In this document: positions 24,837 to 37,835 of the stretch, in pieces
Layout: each line of letters begins with the position of its first letter
Position numbering within the stretch: the stretch's first letter is position 1
Origin: Cycas panzhihuaensis
Taxonomy: Eukaryota > Plantae > Cycadophyta
Direction of reading: 5' to 3'
DNA length: 64,000 bases
Assembly (NCBI GenBank): GCA_023213395.1
Contig: CM041465.1
Span: 192,269,741 to 192,333,740, forward strand
Position numbers and translations under genes: made by a program
The notes under the pieces: model-generated
The model's input: the letters and a program-made list of their open reading frames with translations, nothing else
Database searches by the model: none
Told to the model about the DNA's origin: nothing

Positions 24837-26245
24837 ACGGCTTCCTCCATCCTAGCTCTGTTTGATAATGACAAGCTTACTGATACTAATTACCACATTT
24901 GGAAAATTAAGATAGAGACCCTCCTCAGAGCTAAAAATGCCTTGAGAATTGCAATTGGAGCCGAAACCAAACCAAAGGATGTTGGGCTTGAGTAAACCAG
25001 CTGGGAAGATCGAGATAGTACATGTGTTATCATCTTACAATTATATATTTTAGATTCTCTTCTTATCTATGTTGAAAACACAGACTCAATCGAAAGCATT
25101 TGGAAGTGTCTGAGAAACTTGTATGGACAAAAGAACAATGCTAGGATGATAGCCTTGAAAGAAGAATTGTTCAAACTTCATATGAAGGAGTCTGAAATAG
25201 TAACTGACTTCTTGCATAAAATAATTTCACTAAGGAATGACCTCTCCAATGCGGGTGCTCCTCTCACTGATCAAGAATTGGTGGAACTTGTGGTCAGTAA
25301 ACTACCTAAATCATTCGATGTAACGATAAACACGATCACTAATACTGATCAAATATCAACAATGACAATGGACACTCTAATAGGATTGTTGCTAAGATAG
25401 GAGCAGAGAAAGAAGAGGTATGAGGATGCAGGTGAACTAGAAGATGCCTTTGCCTTGAGATTGAACCTAGGTTTCAAAGGACGCAGTAGAGGAAGAGGAA
25501 GAATTTCCGAAGGTTGTGATTCATCATGAGGCCATTGGCAAGATGCAAGAGGGCGAGGTCGCAACATTACTCCAAGGATTTGCTACAGTTGCAGTAAGAC
25601 TGGTCATTTTGCTAGTTCCTATAAAGCATTTGATGTGTGTTATCATTATGGAGAGTCAGGACATTTTCTATACTAATGCAAGAAAGCAGATATCCATAGA
25701 GGGAAACGGCCCATGGGTAACTACAATGAGGAATAGTCCGGTAATGATGATGATGAAGAAGAGGAAACAACTTTCATTGTCGCCCTAGCACAAGCCTCTA
25801 GGATGAAGATGTATGGTACATCGACTCAAGAGCCTCTCGCCATATGACCAGTCGAAAAGAATGGTTCAAAAGTCAACGGCTATATACTTCTAACAAATCC
25901 ATAGAATTAGGAGACAAATAGTCCCTCAAAATCAAAGGAGTTGGAACCATTGCCATTCACATAAAAGACAAGGTCGAGAAAATTGGAAATGTACTTTTTG
26001 TACCTAGTTTAAAAATGAACCTTCTGTATGTTTCCCAACTCAAGAAAAAGGGGTTGAGCACTGTATTTGATGAGAAAGGATTTTGTTACATCCTAGACAT
26101 GAAAGTAATGGCCATGTAATTGCAAAAGGGGTTGAAAGCAATGACCTGTATAGGCTGCTATTACACCAAATTGTACCTGATGTAAAAGCATATACTACAA
26201 TAAATCATAATAATAAGACGCGGCATTTGAAGTATGGTCATCTCC
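24837..26245 (+). pseudogene. Copia C gag-protease remnant
   Basis: TDTNYHIWKIKIETLLRA, ARMIALKEELFKLHMKE, SKLPKSFD, zinc knuckle, WYIDSRASRHMT. Confidence 0.88.
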
Positions 26246-29200
26246 TATTAAAATATGTGATCATACCACCTAATGTAAAGTAGGCCTCCTATTTTTATGC
26301 CTAATTATGTGGAGGAATAGTCTCGATTGTGGTGACGTAATGGATGTATTTGTAACTATGTTTGGCACTTTAAATCTATAAATATAGATCAAAGTCTATC
26401 TTTGTAACATATCATTTTGTCATAATGTGATTATTATTCATTTGTGGGTTTTCACCCATAAGCGTTTCCCATGGCAATATGGTATCCCGTGTGATCTGCT
26501 TCAGTTTGTTATCTGCCTGATGTGAAAGATCCTGTCGACCTTGTTTGTTTCAGTTGCATTTTCTAATATGGTATCAGAGCATGTAGGTCATGCACATGTA
26601 GATGAACATTGTCGGAGGCCCAATCGATGGTACCAGGTCATGCTGGTTTGCCCTTAGCAGATTGGCGTGCCCGATGACCCTGTAGGACAACCACAGTAGT
26701 TCAGGTGATCGATGAGGATCCCAAGAGCCTTCTATCCATTGTTTGCAAGTATTCTGAGCTACATGGAGGTGTGTGGACGAGCATTGACTCTGTTGCCAGC
26801 CATGAGAGTGTTGTTTGAGCCTACTGAAGGTACTGGATCCCTATTTGACGTTGCCACTGAGTTTGCATGCCGTAGAGTTAATTGCCAGCCCCTTGTTGCC
26901 GGTGGGAGAGTGTAGAAACCCTAGCAGGCCTGTTGCAAATCCATGAAGTCATAATACGATCAATAAAAGAGAGGTATGCTTTGTATATTTATTACCCACT
27001 TGAATTTAGGGTTTGAATAATATATTTGACCTCGTTGGTTGGAATATATTCGGCCGCAAATGTTTGACTTGCCTGCATAATAATACTTGAGTCAATATAT
27101 TTGTTCTCTGATATATCGGTACCGCCCTCTATTGTTGTATTTGCATATACCCTATGTATATGTTATCAATTGCCCCATAGAGAGTAATACTATAGTCGTA
27201 GATGATGTATTTATGTCATCCAGTCTGTATTATTTTTTGAGTCGCCCTTGATGTAGTCATTAGTTTGCGTATAAACTTAGCAGCCGTGATATATATATAT
27301 ATATATACTATGCCGCTGCTGTTACGTGTTGTGTTGGTAGTTTGCTTTGTCTGCGTTGAAAACTGCCATAATGTTTTGCATCCGTTGTCAATAATATATT
27401 CTCGCCTAGTGATACACATATGTGTAGTCATTGACTAATGAATATTTATTGTGTTTCTGCCTGGTTGTATTGTGAATACAAAGTCGTGCTGTGTATTCTT
27501 TGTAGCCGTAGATCTCATTTAATACTCATCGTCAGTTAATGAGACGCCAATCACTCGTGATGTTTGGAGATATGCAACCGTGATATCTATTTACAGCCTG
27601 CATAGTAATTATGTTTGCGCCCGATGATATATCTCTGTCTGCGTGTTTAATATTGGCAGAGTCGGCTGCCTAATTTCTAGCTATGAATTCATGCAGTCAA
27701 TATATGTGTTTGGGCCGCCTTTTGACGATTAATAAAGTCGCCTGTTCATATTAATTGTTCAAATTATTATAGTCGCCTTTGTATGCATCGGGCAGTCGGC
27801 ATGATATTTGCAGATTGCGTGATGGTCGCGTGATGAAGGTCGCTATTTGTTGATTGCCATTGCCATTATTGCTTTGTTTGCCCGTCTGTCTCTGATCGTT
27901 TCATTCGTAGCCATCCATTGTCTTATTAATCATTTACGATTAATATTTGAAACCGCCGTGATACGTGTGATCGATCACCCAGTTCATATTAATTCGTCTT
28001 TGATTTATTCATTTCATGGCGTTAAATATATTTAAACGTATCGTTATTGGATATGGCGTTTGATATATCTCTTTTATTAAAATCGCTCGATTTTATATTC
28101 TTCGCCTTGTATTATTATATTGAACTTGGCATTGATATATTTTTGATATAAATCAAATACATATTGATATGTCTTAAATCGATATCGCTGTGTCATTTGA
28201 TTAAAGTCATTTACCTTATTATCAAGTGGGTAAAGTATGGTATGGTTTTATTTTCAATGACATTAATGTGGCGATATTTAGAGGTGAAACAAGCATTCTT
28301 TTAGGCACTTTGTTGGTGTCTGCTTGGTGACTGTTTGAGGGTCTCTTGCATACAATTGTATGGAAGAGTAAGTTGAGTGAAGAGGCGCCTATTGGGTCCC
28401 TTGCATGAAAGAATTGTTATGGCGATAATATGGGTGACTTACATGAAGGGGCTTTATGGGCAGAAATGAGGGCATGCTGATGTGAGAGAGAGATAGGGCG
28501 ATATGAGGCAATGAGGTGCTTGTTGCATGTGTGCTACATAGCAAGTTAAGGGCAATAATGGGCGAGTTTGATGGGCAGGTTGAGAGCAGGTTTTAAGGGC
28601 GATAATGCGCATGTTTGGGCGAAGATGAACATGTTTGAGATACCTTAATTGCAACTTAATACAAACTCCGTTACTATTTGAGTGTGGCATAGATCATTGC
28701 ACAAAGTTCGTGTTTATATGTCATTATTCAGTGAAATATGTGTGGTTTATTCAATGATAAGAGTGCGGTTTATTCATGTATTCATTCAAGTTCAGCTAAA
28801 TCAGATGTGTATGAGGTGATGAAGTTCATAATTTGCTTGTATGATTGTCGTTTGTGATGGACTGTTATACATTGACTAGTTGGACTGGTAGCATGAGGTT
28901 TGTGGCCTGGTTAAATGCTGGTTCAACATGGATGCATATCTGAACAAGTCTGATGTGGAACCGAGACATAGTGTTTAATGAAATTAAAGCGTGAATGGAA
29001 AGGTCTAAGATGAGTTGCCTTAAAATCAGTGATGCCTTTGTCATGGTATGTACAGTTGGCCTATAAGGTTGCATTGCAGGTGGGTATCATAATGCAAATG
29101 GTGAGGTTGGTGCATGTTTTGGTTTGCCTCCCATTGTTTGATGGTAGAAGCTGTAGTAGACAGGTATGGGTACCCCTGTTGTGATTGTTCGTGGCATATT

Positions 29201-30499
29201 TTCCCCTCTTGTTGTTTGTTTGGACCAAGTCAGAAGCCTTCCATTTGTTTCCTTTGGTGCATAGAAGTGCACACAACTTAGACAAAGATTGCAGTAGCAG
29301 GGTTGCAAGCGTTTGAAGCATATCGGTTGTTTAGCTTACAAATAGTGTGATCTGTAGGGGAAATGCATGTGATCAATCTAGATGTCATAAAATTGTTGAC
29401 GTATCATGCTAAGTGTCATTTGGTTATAGGTGTTATCCTTCATTACTTCACTTTTCTGAGTCGTTATTCAGCAAGTGTGGATGTTTGTTTGCCTAACATT
29501 GTACTTGAGACAGAAGTAGGACCTAGTGAGAGATTAATGATGAGGAGCTGTTAGATGATGAGACATGGATTGCAACCCCATGTTCTGTTGACAGTTGAAG
29601 ACCTGCACGATGATTGAAGATCGAGGATCAGCATGCTAGTCAAAGTTTAAGATAGATACCAACGTTCCAGTGAGTACAGATTTACAATGGAGAGCTGTAT
29701 TGAAGCAAAGAACCTGGGTGATTTGCAAGTTTGAAGACTTGTTGCACAGGTGATCTCTAGTAGAAGGATTGAGGTATGATGAGACATTTGCACTAGTCTC
29801 TATGTTGTTTTTGGTCCGTTTAATCCTTACTTCAACAGCTTCAGATAGTTGGGTATCATATCGTATCATATCAACGTTCCTTAACGAAGACTTGAAGAGG
29901 CGATTCACATGGCTTGAGTGGTCAACATCTTGGTTTAGTTAGAGGAATATGGCTGAGTTGAATGGACGAAGTGTCAAGTGCAAAGAGAGTTGTATGGTTG
30001 CAGGTTTGTTGGAGTATTTCCAAAGAATTGAACACATACGAGACATGACACCATTACATCAGAGTGAAGATCACTACATCGACGTTCGTGTATATTGGGT
30101 TGAGTAAGGTTATCCTTGAGAGGGGATTTATTCCTAATGATAATCCTTGTTGCCTCACATTTACATTAAGAGGGGATGTTAAAATATGTGATCATACCAC
30201 CAAATGTAAAGTGGGCCTTCTATTTTTATGCCTAATTATGTGGAGAAATAGTCTCAATTGTGGTGACCTAATGGATGTATTTGCAACTATGTTTGACACT
30301 TTAGATCTATAAATATAGATCAAAGTCCATCTTTGTAACATATCATTTTGTCATAATGTGATTATTACTCATTTGTGTATTTTTACCCGTAAGGGTTTCC
30401 CACGGCAATATGGTATCTCGTGTGATCTGCTTCTGCTTGTTATTTGCCTGATGTGAAAGATCCCGTCGACCTTATTTGCTTCAGTTGCGTTTTCTAACA
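26246..30499 (+). mobile_element. Non-autonomous Copia-derived LTR element F (related to the D family)
   Basis: 323-bp LTRs 26246-26568 and 30177-30499; perfect PBS TGGTATCAGAGC 26569-26580; PPT AAGAGGGGA; TSD TCTCC/TATCC; no long ORF. Confidence 0.93.
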
Positions 30500-31466
30500 T
30501 ATCCCCATGGAAAAATTAAAAAACATGAAGAGAAATGGTCTAGTAGTTGGCCTGCGTCCAATCTCATCAAGTAACTTTGTATGTAAAGCTGTCAATACGG
30601 CAAACAACATAGGCTACCATTCCATGAAAACAAATGGTGAGCACAAAGGAAATTAGAATTAGTTCATACTGATTTGTGTGGCCCATTCACCCCACACTCC
30701 AACGGATGCAGATACTTCCTCACCTTCATAAATGACCTAACTAGAAAAACATGGACCTATTTCTTGCATATTAAATCAGAAGTCTTTGATGTGTTCAAAG
30801 AGTTCAAAGCCGAAGTTGAATTGGAGGTTGATTCCAAAATAAAATGCTTAAGATTCGATGGAGGAGGCGAATACATTTCCAAAGAGTTTTTGAAATACTT
30901 CAAAGTCTAAGGGATATAGAGGCAGTTCACATCTCCATACACACCCCAATCAAACGAGGTAGTAGAAAGAAAAAACAGAGTTATCATGGAGATGGCACAC
31001 AGCATGTTGATTGGCAAAAACATTCCAAAAACATATTGGGTTGAAGCAGTTAGCACAACCTGCTACCTACTAAATAGGAGCCCAACTAAAGCAGTGGACC
31101 ATCTTACTCTAGAGGAAGCCTGGACAGAAAGGAAACTGGACATAAGTCACCTCAAAGTATTTGGCATCCAAGCCTTTGTCCACATACCAGATAAAAAAAG
31201 GGCAAAGCTGGAGTCAAAAAGTCTGGAATGCATTATGGTAGGATAAAACAAAAACTCCAAAGCCTACAAATGCATAGAGACCAAAACAAACAAAGTGTAT
31301 GTACACAGGGATGTTGTTTTTAATGAAGAAGGCAAGGAAGAAAGCATAAGCCAAATTCCAATGATAGAGAAAACGCCTCAGATAGTCATTCTTGATACTC
31401 CTTCAGAAGAAGAATCGGGTATAACTATAGAAAAAATCTCTGAAGAGTCTATTTCAGACTCTGCTC
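30500..31466 (+). pseudogene. Copia C integrase remnant
   Basis: HTDLCGP, FLTFINDLTRKTW, KCLRFDGGGEY, WVEAVSTTCYLLNRSPT, RDVVFNE. Confidence 0.9.
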
Positions 31467-32949
31467 TGTTAAGATTTTAACATGGAGAACACTCATCAAC
31501 AGCAAGATCAATAACATCAACAGAGATTAACACAACATAATCAGAATGTATTACCATACCAAAAGCACCAAAGACTCAATACGAGCCTTGATGATGTGAT
31601 GTCTTTACATACTACCTCAACCACCTTTATATACCAAAGAGGTGGGAGACTATTCAACACAAGTAATGCATGTGGGACAAATACCTTTGTCCTGACCAAT
31701 AGCATTACACTACTAACTTGACCAATAAACTTATATCCTTTTACATAGTATTATAATGACCTTTTGACCCTAAGACTTAGGACTATCACTTATTATCCTA
31801 GGACCCACACATTAAACATTATTTCTAACACCTCCCCTTAATGTTTAATGTTTGAACTAAGGACAATTTGACATACATTGACACTTGTCATGAATAGACA
31901 TTAAAGACTACATGACAAGACTGACATGACTCTTTGACACATGGTTATCAACGGACTGTAATGCACTTTGTCTTCTTTGAATCTCCACCACCTTGATCTT
32001 GGAAAGGTCTTGAACACTATGTCTTGGGCTTGATCTTGGTCTTCAACCTCAGAGTGTCATTTTGAAGCTGTCCTTTGAACTGACGATCTTCGAGCTTTGC
32101 TTCTTTCAACTTCATACATAGTTGAGAATCGCTTTGCTTCTCCCTTCTTCAATATGTGAGTAACTAAAATAGATGTCGAATATCATCATTATCCAAATGC
32201 AAAGAATGAGTTATCAACTGGTAAGACACCATTGTCCTCCCCTGAAGCAATGGACTTATTGAGACGAGTTCCTGCAAGTTGTATGATATACCCTGTTTTC
32301 CTCGTGTCACTCAAGGAGTTCCATGAACTAAGTATAATGAATATTTTCGTGATACTTACATGCATATGCTTTCTGACTATGGATATGCATACATGGAACA
32401 TTACTTCAATACGATTGACTTTCATAATCAGGTAACCTATCCAAAAGGTAATATGAATTCGATAAGCAAGATCTTGATGACATGGTATCCTCCTTATGTT
32501 CCTTTGAAAACAACTTTCTAGTGCCGCTCTAGGATATGCTGTTATAATTTTGATCTTTTCAAAAATGAGAATGGAGGATGTAACTGAGTTAAGGAGATCA
32601 TGGACAGCTTCCAATACATGCAAATCATCGTATGACCTCATTATTTGAATTCTTCCTACCAACCTGTCAACACAAACTAGGATAACATTATCCATACCTT
32701 TTGTTAGGCAACTCATGTCTCCATGAACTATTACAAGAAAGATTGATGCTCAAATCTTCGGTCCCAAAGTCGGGTTCCTTGATGAGACTTATGGCTTTGT
32801 CACGCTGTTTTTCCCTTTTTCCTTTCCTCTTCAACTTCTTCCTCTGATTCTTTACCCTTTTGATTCTCTTCACGCATTTCATCGTGTCCTTTTCATTCAC
32901 TTCACAAGAGTTTCCAAGCATCCTCAGTTGAGTCCATATTCTGTAGAAC

Positions 32950-33237
32950 CTAGATAATAAAGTGATAGGAAGATGGGAGGTTATCCTTATCAATGGCTGC
33001 AAGTATCATGTCAATAACAGTTATGTTTTTCCTTTTGAAGATTTCCTCCCCTTCTTCGTGAGCCATTTCAATCCCCATGACTGTTTTCCAAAGTTTCTTC
33101 ACTACAAATAGACTTTCCATCTTAATTTTCCAAAAACGAAAATTAGTTCCAATATATTTGGGCAGAGGAAAGATGAGATCTGATAACCAATATTCATTTT
33201 TTTCAGGCAGAAAGACTATGACATCACTCAACTCCAT
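32950..33237 (-). pseudogene. gag: Truncated Copia gag N-terminus of element G
   Basis: LPKYIGTNFRFWKIKMESLFVVKKLWKTVMG (DUF4219-like). Confidence 0.8.
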
Positions 33238-33843
33238 AGTGTATGATCAAAGAATATCCACTTCAACTTGAAAATCAAATCAACAAAAGAAGACTTAAAC
33301 ACGAATATCGCTCCAGCCTCTCCTCACAATCTATGAATGTTGCTGCCAAGACAACCATCATGATGGGCAGTGCTCTCCTTCCACATTTTGTGTATACCGT
33401 AAGCAAACTAACCGACCAAAGATTGGAGTTTCCTATCAAGATTACTCTTCCAAATGGGTTTATCACACCAACGTGTTACAAATCAGAAGAAATGACCTCC
33501 TCCCGCAATGCCTTTATCCGTAATACTTAGATCACCATAGATCGTGAGCACGATATCTCTTTTCAATGATGATACTAAGAGTGTCAGCTACCAACTCGCT
33601 TCAGGATCAACTCTGCCTTCAAAACAAAAGTCACTGCAGTCGATTCACTTACAGTAATGGTGTCTTCAGTTGACAGATTCCTGCTTCAACTCTGTGTCCT
33701 GAACAGATTTAGAAAAAAAGCTTAAGGGTTCGATGACAGCCTCATACACTTCAATGCCCTTCAGATCTTGATAATAATCGGCAAATGCACAGTAAGCGCT
33801 AATAACGTCCACAGTATGCAAAGCATCAACAGCAAAAGTGCAG

Positions 33844-33905
33844 CTCTATCTTCATGAGTACTGCCTGCCAGATCGTGGTTCAACATCGCTCGTCAGATCG
33901 CTAGT
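33844..33905 (+). pseudogene. Captured receptor-like kinase snippets
   Basis: LYLHEYC / QIVVQHR and FNIARQIAS resemble RLK R.NIA.GIA.GL.YLHE.C...IVHR. Confidence 0.5.
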
Positions 33906-34109
33906 ATCTTGTCCTTATTTCAGCCAGCTGTCAAAACTGTCAGGACTGTTATGGAACAGTTATGGTCCAAAGAGGCAGTCGAGTAAGTCATGTGAGAACC
34001 TTTGATGATATACCAAATAAAGATGTCTTCTCAACACAAACCACCATAAATTGATATAACAGAGCTATGCAATAAATAACCGTCATGAAAATCAGTTTCT
34101 CTCATGCCC

Positions 34110-34330
34110 AGGTTTGCAGTGGAATTTGATTCTGCAATGAACAAGGAAATTAATGATTTGAATGGAAACCATGTGGGTATTGATATAGAGAGCCTAAAAG
34201 AGCACAGATGTATCTGAGATAGATCTAATCTTGAATGATGGAACCTAGTTGCCTGCTTGGATAGATAATGATGCCAGAACGAAAAATCTGGAGGGCATGC
34301 CACTCCTCTGATTTCTCACTTTATTGATCC
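34110..34330 (+). pseudogene. Captured legume (L-type) lectin domain fragment, LecRK-like
   Basis: FAVEFDSAMNKEINDLNGNHVGIDIESL, then DLILNDG..AWIDND and TPLISHFID. Confidence 0.88.
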
Positions 34331-34807
34331 GCTTTGGATTGTGGAATCAAACCTGGTGCCTGCAGTTATTTCCTTGATGACATGGATCTTAGGAGAAAGT
34401 GGATATAACCTGTGGCCTCACTCCTCTGGTGCGTACTCAGATCGCTAGCTGCTATTAACATACAACATCTTCCTTCATGGGGTGGTAAATCCAGACAAAT
34501 ATTGAGTCATAGGAAGCATTTACCTGATCGCAGCAGTGGTGACTTTGTGTTTGGCAATGATATTACAGTGCTTTTCTCCTTTCTCAAATCCTCTTCGATT
34601 TACTACACAACAGATATCTTTGGTGATCTTTGTCACTTAATATCTGCCATTATTTGGAGTAGATAACTGCGGTGAGACAGTTATTGTCTTCTCATGGAGT
34701 TTGAGGAAGGCATGGCAACGGTTGCTACAATCTTCTTTTCCACCGTAGGATAGTAATCCCTCGATCTTCAAGAAAATGACGGCTAACTGGCTCAGAACTC
34801 TTACAGG

Positions 34808-35335
34808 AAAGCCTATGAGGACTGGAGATTCTTTCAAGTCGTCAACCATGACCTCCCCATCCACCTCCTATGCAACCTGGAATCCGCCGCTAACAATTTC
34901 GTCACGCCTCAAGAGAAGTGAAAAGTCAGGAGAGATGCAGAAACTCTGTTGGGCTACTATGACTCTGAGCTTACCAAGAACAACAGAGATTGGAAGGAGG
35001 TCTTCGCTTTTATAACTAGAGACAACATGCAATTGCCAGTATGGGCAAGCACAAGGACGGGTGCGCCTTAATGGTTCTCTACCAAGACGACGTCAGAGGT
35101 TTGGAGGTGCGGCGTAAGAACGACAAGTGGTGTTGGGGTGAAACGAGAGTGTTGAGCACAGGGTGGTGGTTACTGGCAAGAGACGGAGATTGTCTGTTCT
35201 GTTCTTCTTCAATCCTTCTCACTATGTGATGGTAAAGCCTATGGAAGAACTTCTGAATGACAAGAGCCCTGCAAAGTACAGGGAATACAACTGGGGAAAG
35301 TTCTACAAGAAGCGCAAAAATACCAATATCAAGAA
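34808..35335 (+). pseudogene. Captured, internally deleted 2-oxoglutarate/Fe(II) dioxygenase (DOXC class) fragment
   Basis: KAYEDWRFFQVVNHDLP..KVRRDAETLLGYYDSELTKNNRDWKEVF; GKHKDGCALMVLYQDDVRGLEV (HxD); SVEHRVVV..RLSVLFFFNPSHYVMVKPMEELLNDKSPAKYREYNWGKF. Confidence 0.92.
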
Positions 35336-36167
35336 TTTGGAGGATTCTTCATGTACACAGGGCGCTCTTGCAATTTGGGCATCACTCACATGTAGGGAGC
35401 CTTTTCCCCATGTTACTACTGTCTTTCTTACTACGGGTGCTTCATATTAATACAGCTAAAACCTTTATTGATGACAGCCTCCCTTTTGCCTTATATCATC
35501 GAGTTACTTTTTGCATTTTAGGCTTATAACAGAGTAAACCCTATATAACAGATTTTCTCCAACAATGCTAGGTCTGAGAAACAAGAAAAAGGAATAAGTT
35601 TACCAGGTAAAATTCTTGATTTGTATCAACAGTGGCCTTGAGACTTATCTTTCAATTCGATCTCCAATCTAGCGATGACTTGACGGTCCCACCTCTTGTT
35701 TAAAATTTTCTCCTCTCTCAATCTCTTTCCAACTCGAATCTTCAATCTGGCAGCTGACCCAACACTTCAATGTCCTCAACACACAACCTGCTCTGATACC
35801 ATGTTAAGATTTTAACATGGAGAACGCTCATCAACAGCAAAATCAATAACATCAACAGAGATTAACACAACATAATCAGAATGTATTACCATACCAAAAG
35901 CACCAAAGACTCAATACGAGCCTTGATGATGTGATGTCTTTACATACTACCTCAACCACCTTTATATACCAAAGAGGTGGGAGACTATTCAACACAAGTA
36001 ATGCATGTGGGACAAATACCTTTGTCCTGACCAATAGCATTACACCACTAACTTGACCAATAAACTTATATCCTTTTACATAGTATTATAATGACCTTTT
36101 GACCCTAAGACTTAGGACTATCACTTATTATCCTAGGACCCACACACATTAAACATTATTTCTAACA

Positions 36168-37835
36168 TACTCCTCAAGAAGAAGAAGTCTCTCCAAAAGA
36201 ATCAAGGACTAAAGAAGGCAAAAAGGAAAAGAGGGTTCCCAAATGGTACCTCAAAACTATAGAGGAAGGAAAAAGTGAAATCCTTCCTCACGGAACAAGA
36301 AGGCAAAAACCAAAAGCCCTGTTCAGTCAAGTAGAACCAAAATCATTCATTGAAGCAAAGGAACATTCCGAATGGAGAAAAGCCATGGACATTGAGCTAA
36401 AGCCCATAACCAAGAATCAGACGTGGGCAAAATCATTTGTAAATTACAAATGGGTTTACAAAATCAAAAGGGGGCTCGAAGGGAAAATAGAAAAATACAA
36501 AGCTAGGCTAGTTGCAAAAGGTTACACCCAAACAGTAGGTGTAGATTATGAAGAAACATTCTCTTTAGTGGCCAAACTGAACACAGTTAGAATAGTTTTA
36601 GCTCTGGCAGCATATAAAAATTGGAACATATACCAGTTGGATGTAAAAAGTGCATTCTTAAATGGCTAATTAGAAAAGGAGGCTACATGTCTCAACTTGA
36701 GGGATATGTCAAAGAAGGGCAAGAGCACCTTGTCTACTAGTTGAAAAAGGCTCTATATTGACTGAAACAAGCTTCTCGTGCATGGTATGCTAAACTGGAT
36801 AATCATCTCTACTACAATGGCTTCCAAAGGAGCAATGCAGACTCGAGCCTATATATAAAAAATAGGAATGGTGCAATCACCATAATGGTGATATATGTTG
36901 ATGACATGATTCTTACTAGTGATGATGAAGAATCAATATCAGATATAAAGTGTTAACTGGAAGGCAAATTTGAGATGACAGACTTGGGGCTCCTCAACTA
37001 CTATCTAGGAATCCAAGTTGATCAGCAAAATGATTCAATTTCTCTCTGCCAAAGTAAATACATAAAAGACTTGTTAGCTAAATTTCGTACGGAAGAATGC
37101 AATCCTTGCTCTAGACTGATAGAGGTGAAGCGCAACTTGATTCCAGATGAAAAGGAACCATGTGTAAATGCAACTCTGTACAGGCAACTCATTGGTAGCC
37201 TCATCTACCTCACAGCAACCAGATCAAACACCTCATATGATGTAGATCTAATTTCAAGATACATACATGACCCAAAAATAAAACATTGGAACGCTGCAAA
37301 AAGGGTCTCAAGGTATCTAAAAGGCACAACAGAGTTCAAACTGGTATTTCCAAAAGGAAAAACTCTTCAGTTAACAGAGTTTTGTGATTCGGACTAGGCA
37401 GGTGACAAAGAACAAAGGAAGTCAACCAGCGGATATTGCTTCTTCCTAGGATCTTCACCAATATCCTGGAGCAGCAAAAAACAAGCCAATGTAGCATTAT
37501 CATCCACAGAAGTTGAGTACAAATCAACTGTCAGTGCAACCATCAAGCAAAGATGACTCGCATAACTTTTGAATGATTTGATGAAGCCTCAAAAGGAAGC
37601 AACCATACTTCACTGCAACAATCGGAATACCATCAAACTCACAAAGAATCCTGTATTTCATTCCTGAACCAAACACATAGAGGTTCAACATCACTTCATT
37701 ACAGAAAAGGTCCAAAACAAAGAAGTGGATCTTGTCTATTGTCCTACAAACGAACAAGTGGTAGACATATTAACCAAACCACTTGGAAAAGACCAATTCC
37801 AAATACTTAGAGATAAAATAGGTGTAATAGGATGA
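36168..37835 (+). pseudogene. pol: Copia C RT-RNase H remnant
   Basis: [61 protein letters not shown]. Confidence 0.92.

Larger units (their letters stand above)
31467..36167 (-). mobile_element. Young non-autonomous Copia-derived LTR element G carrying host-gene fragments
   Basis: LTRs 31467-31830 and 35802-36167 differ by ~3 substitutions plus one 2-bp indel (by eye); perfect PBS rc GCTCTGATACCA 35790-35801; PPT rc CCTCCCCTTAA 31831-31841; TSD TGCTC/TACTC. Confidence 0.95.

Noticed and set aside
26712-26915. Sense-strand ORF in the F leader (FASILS..)
   Set aside because: One weak motif only; the opposite strand has several better PPR-like matches
34110-35335. Functional LecRK or dioxygenase gene
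   Set aside because: Fragmented, with stops, frameshifts and deletions, and enclosed by the LTRs of G
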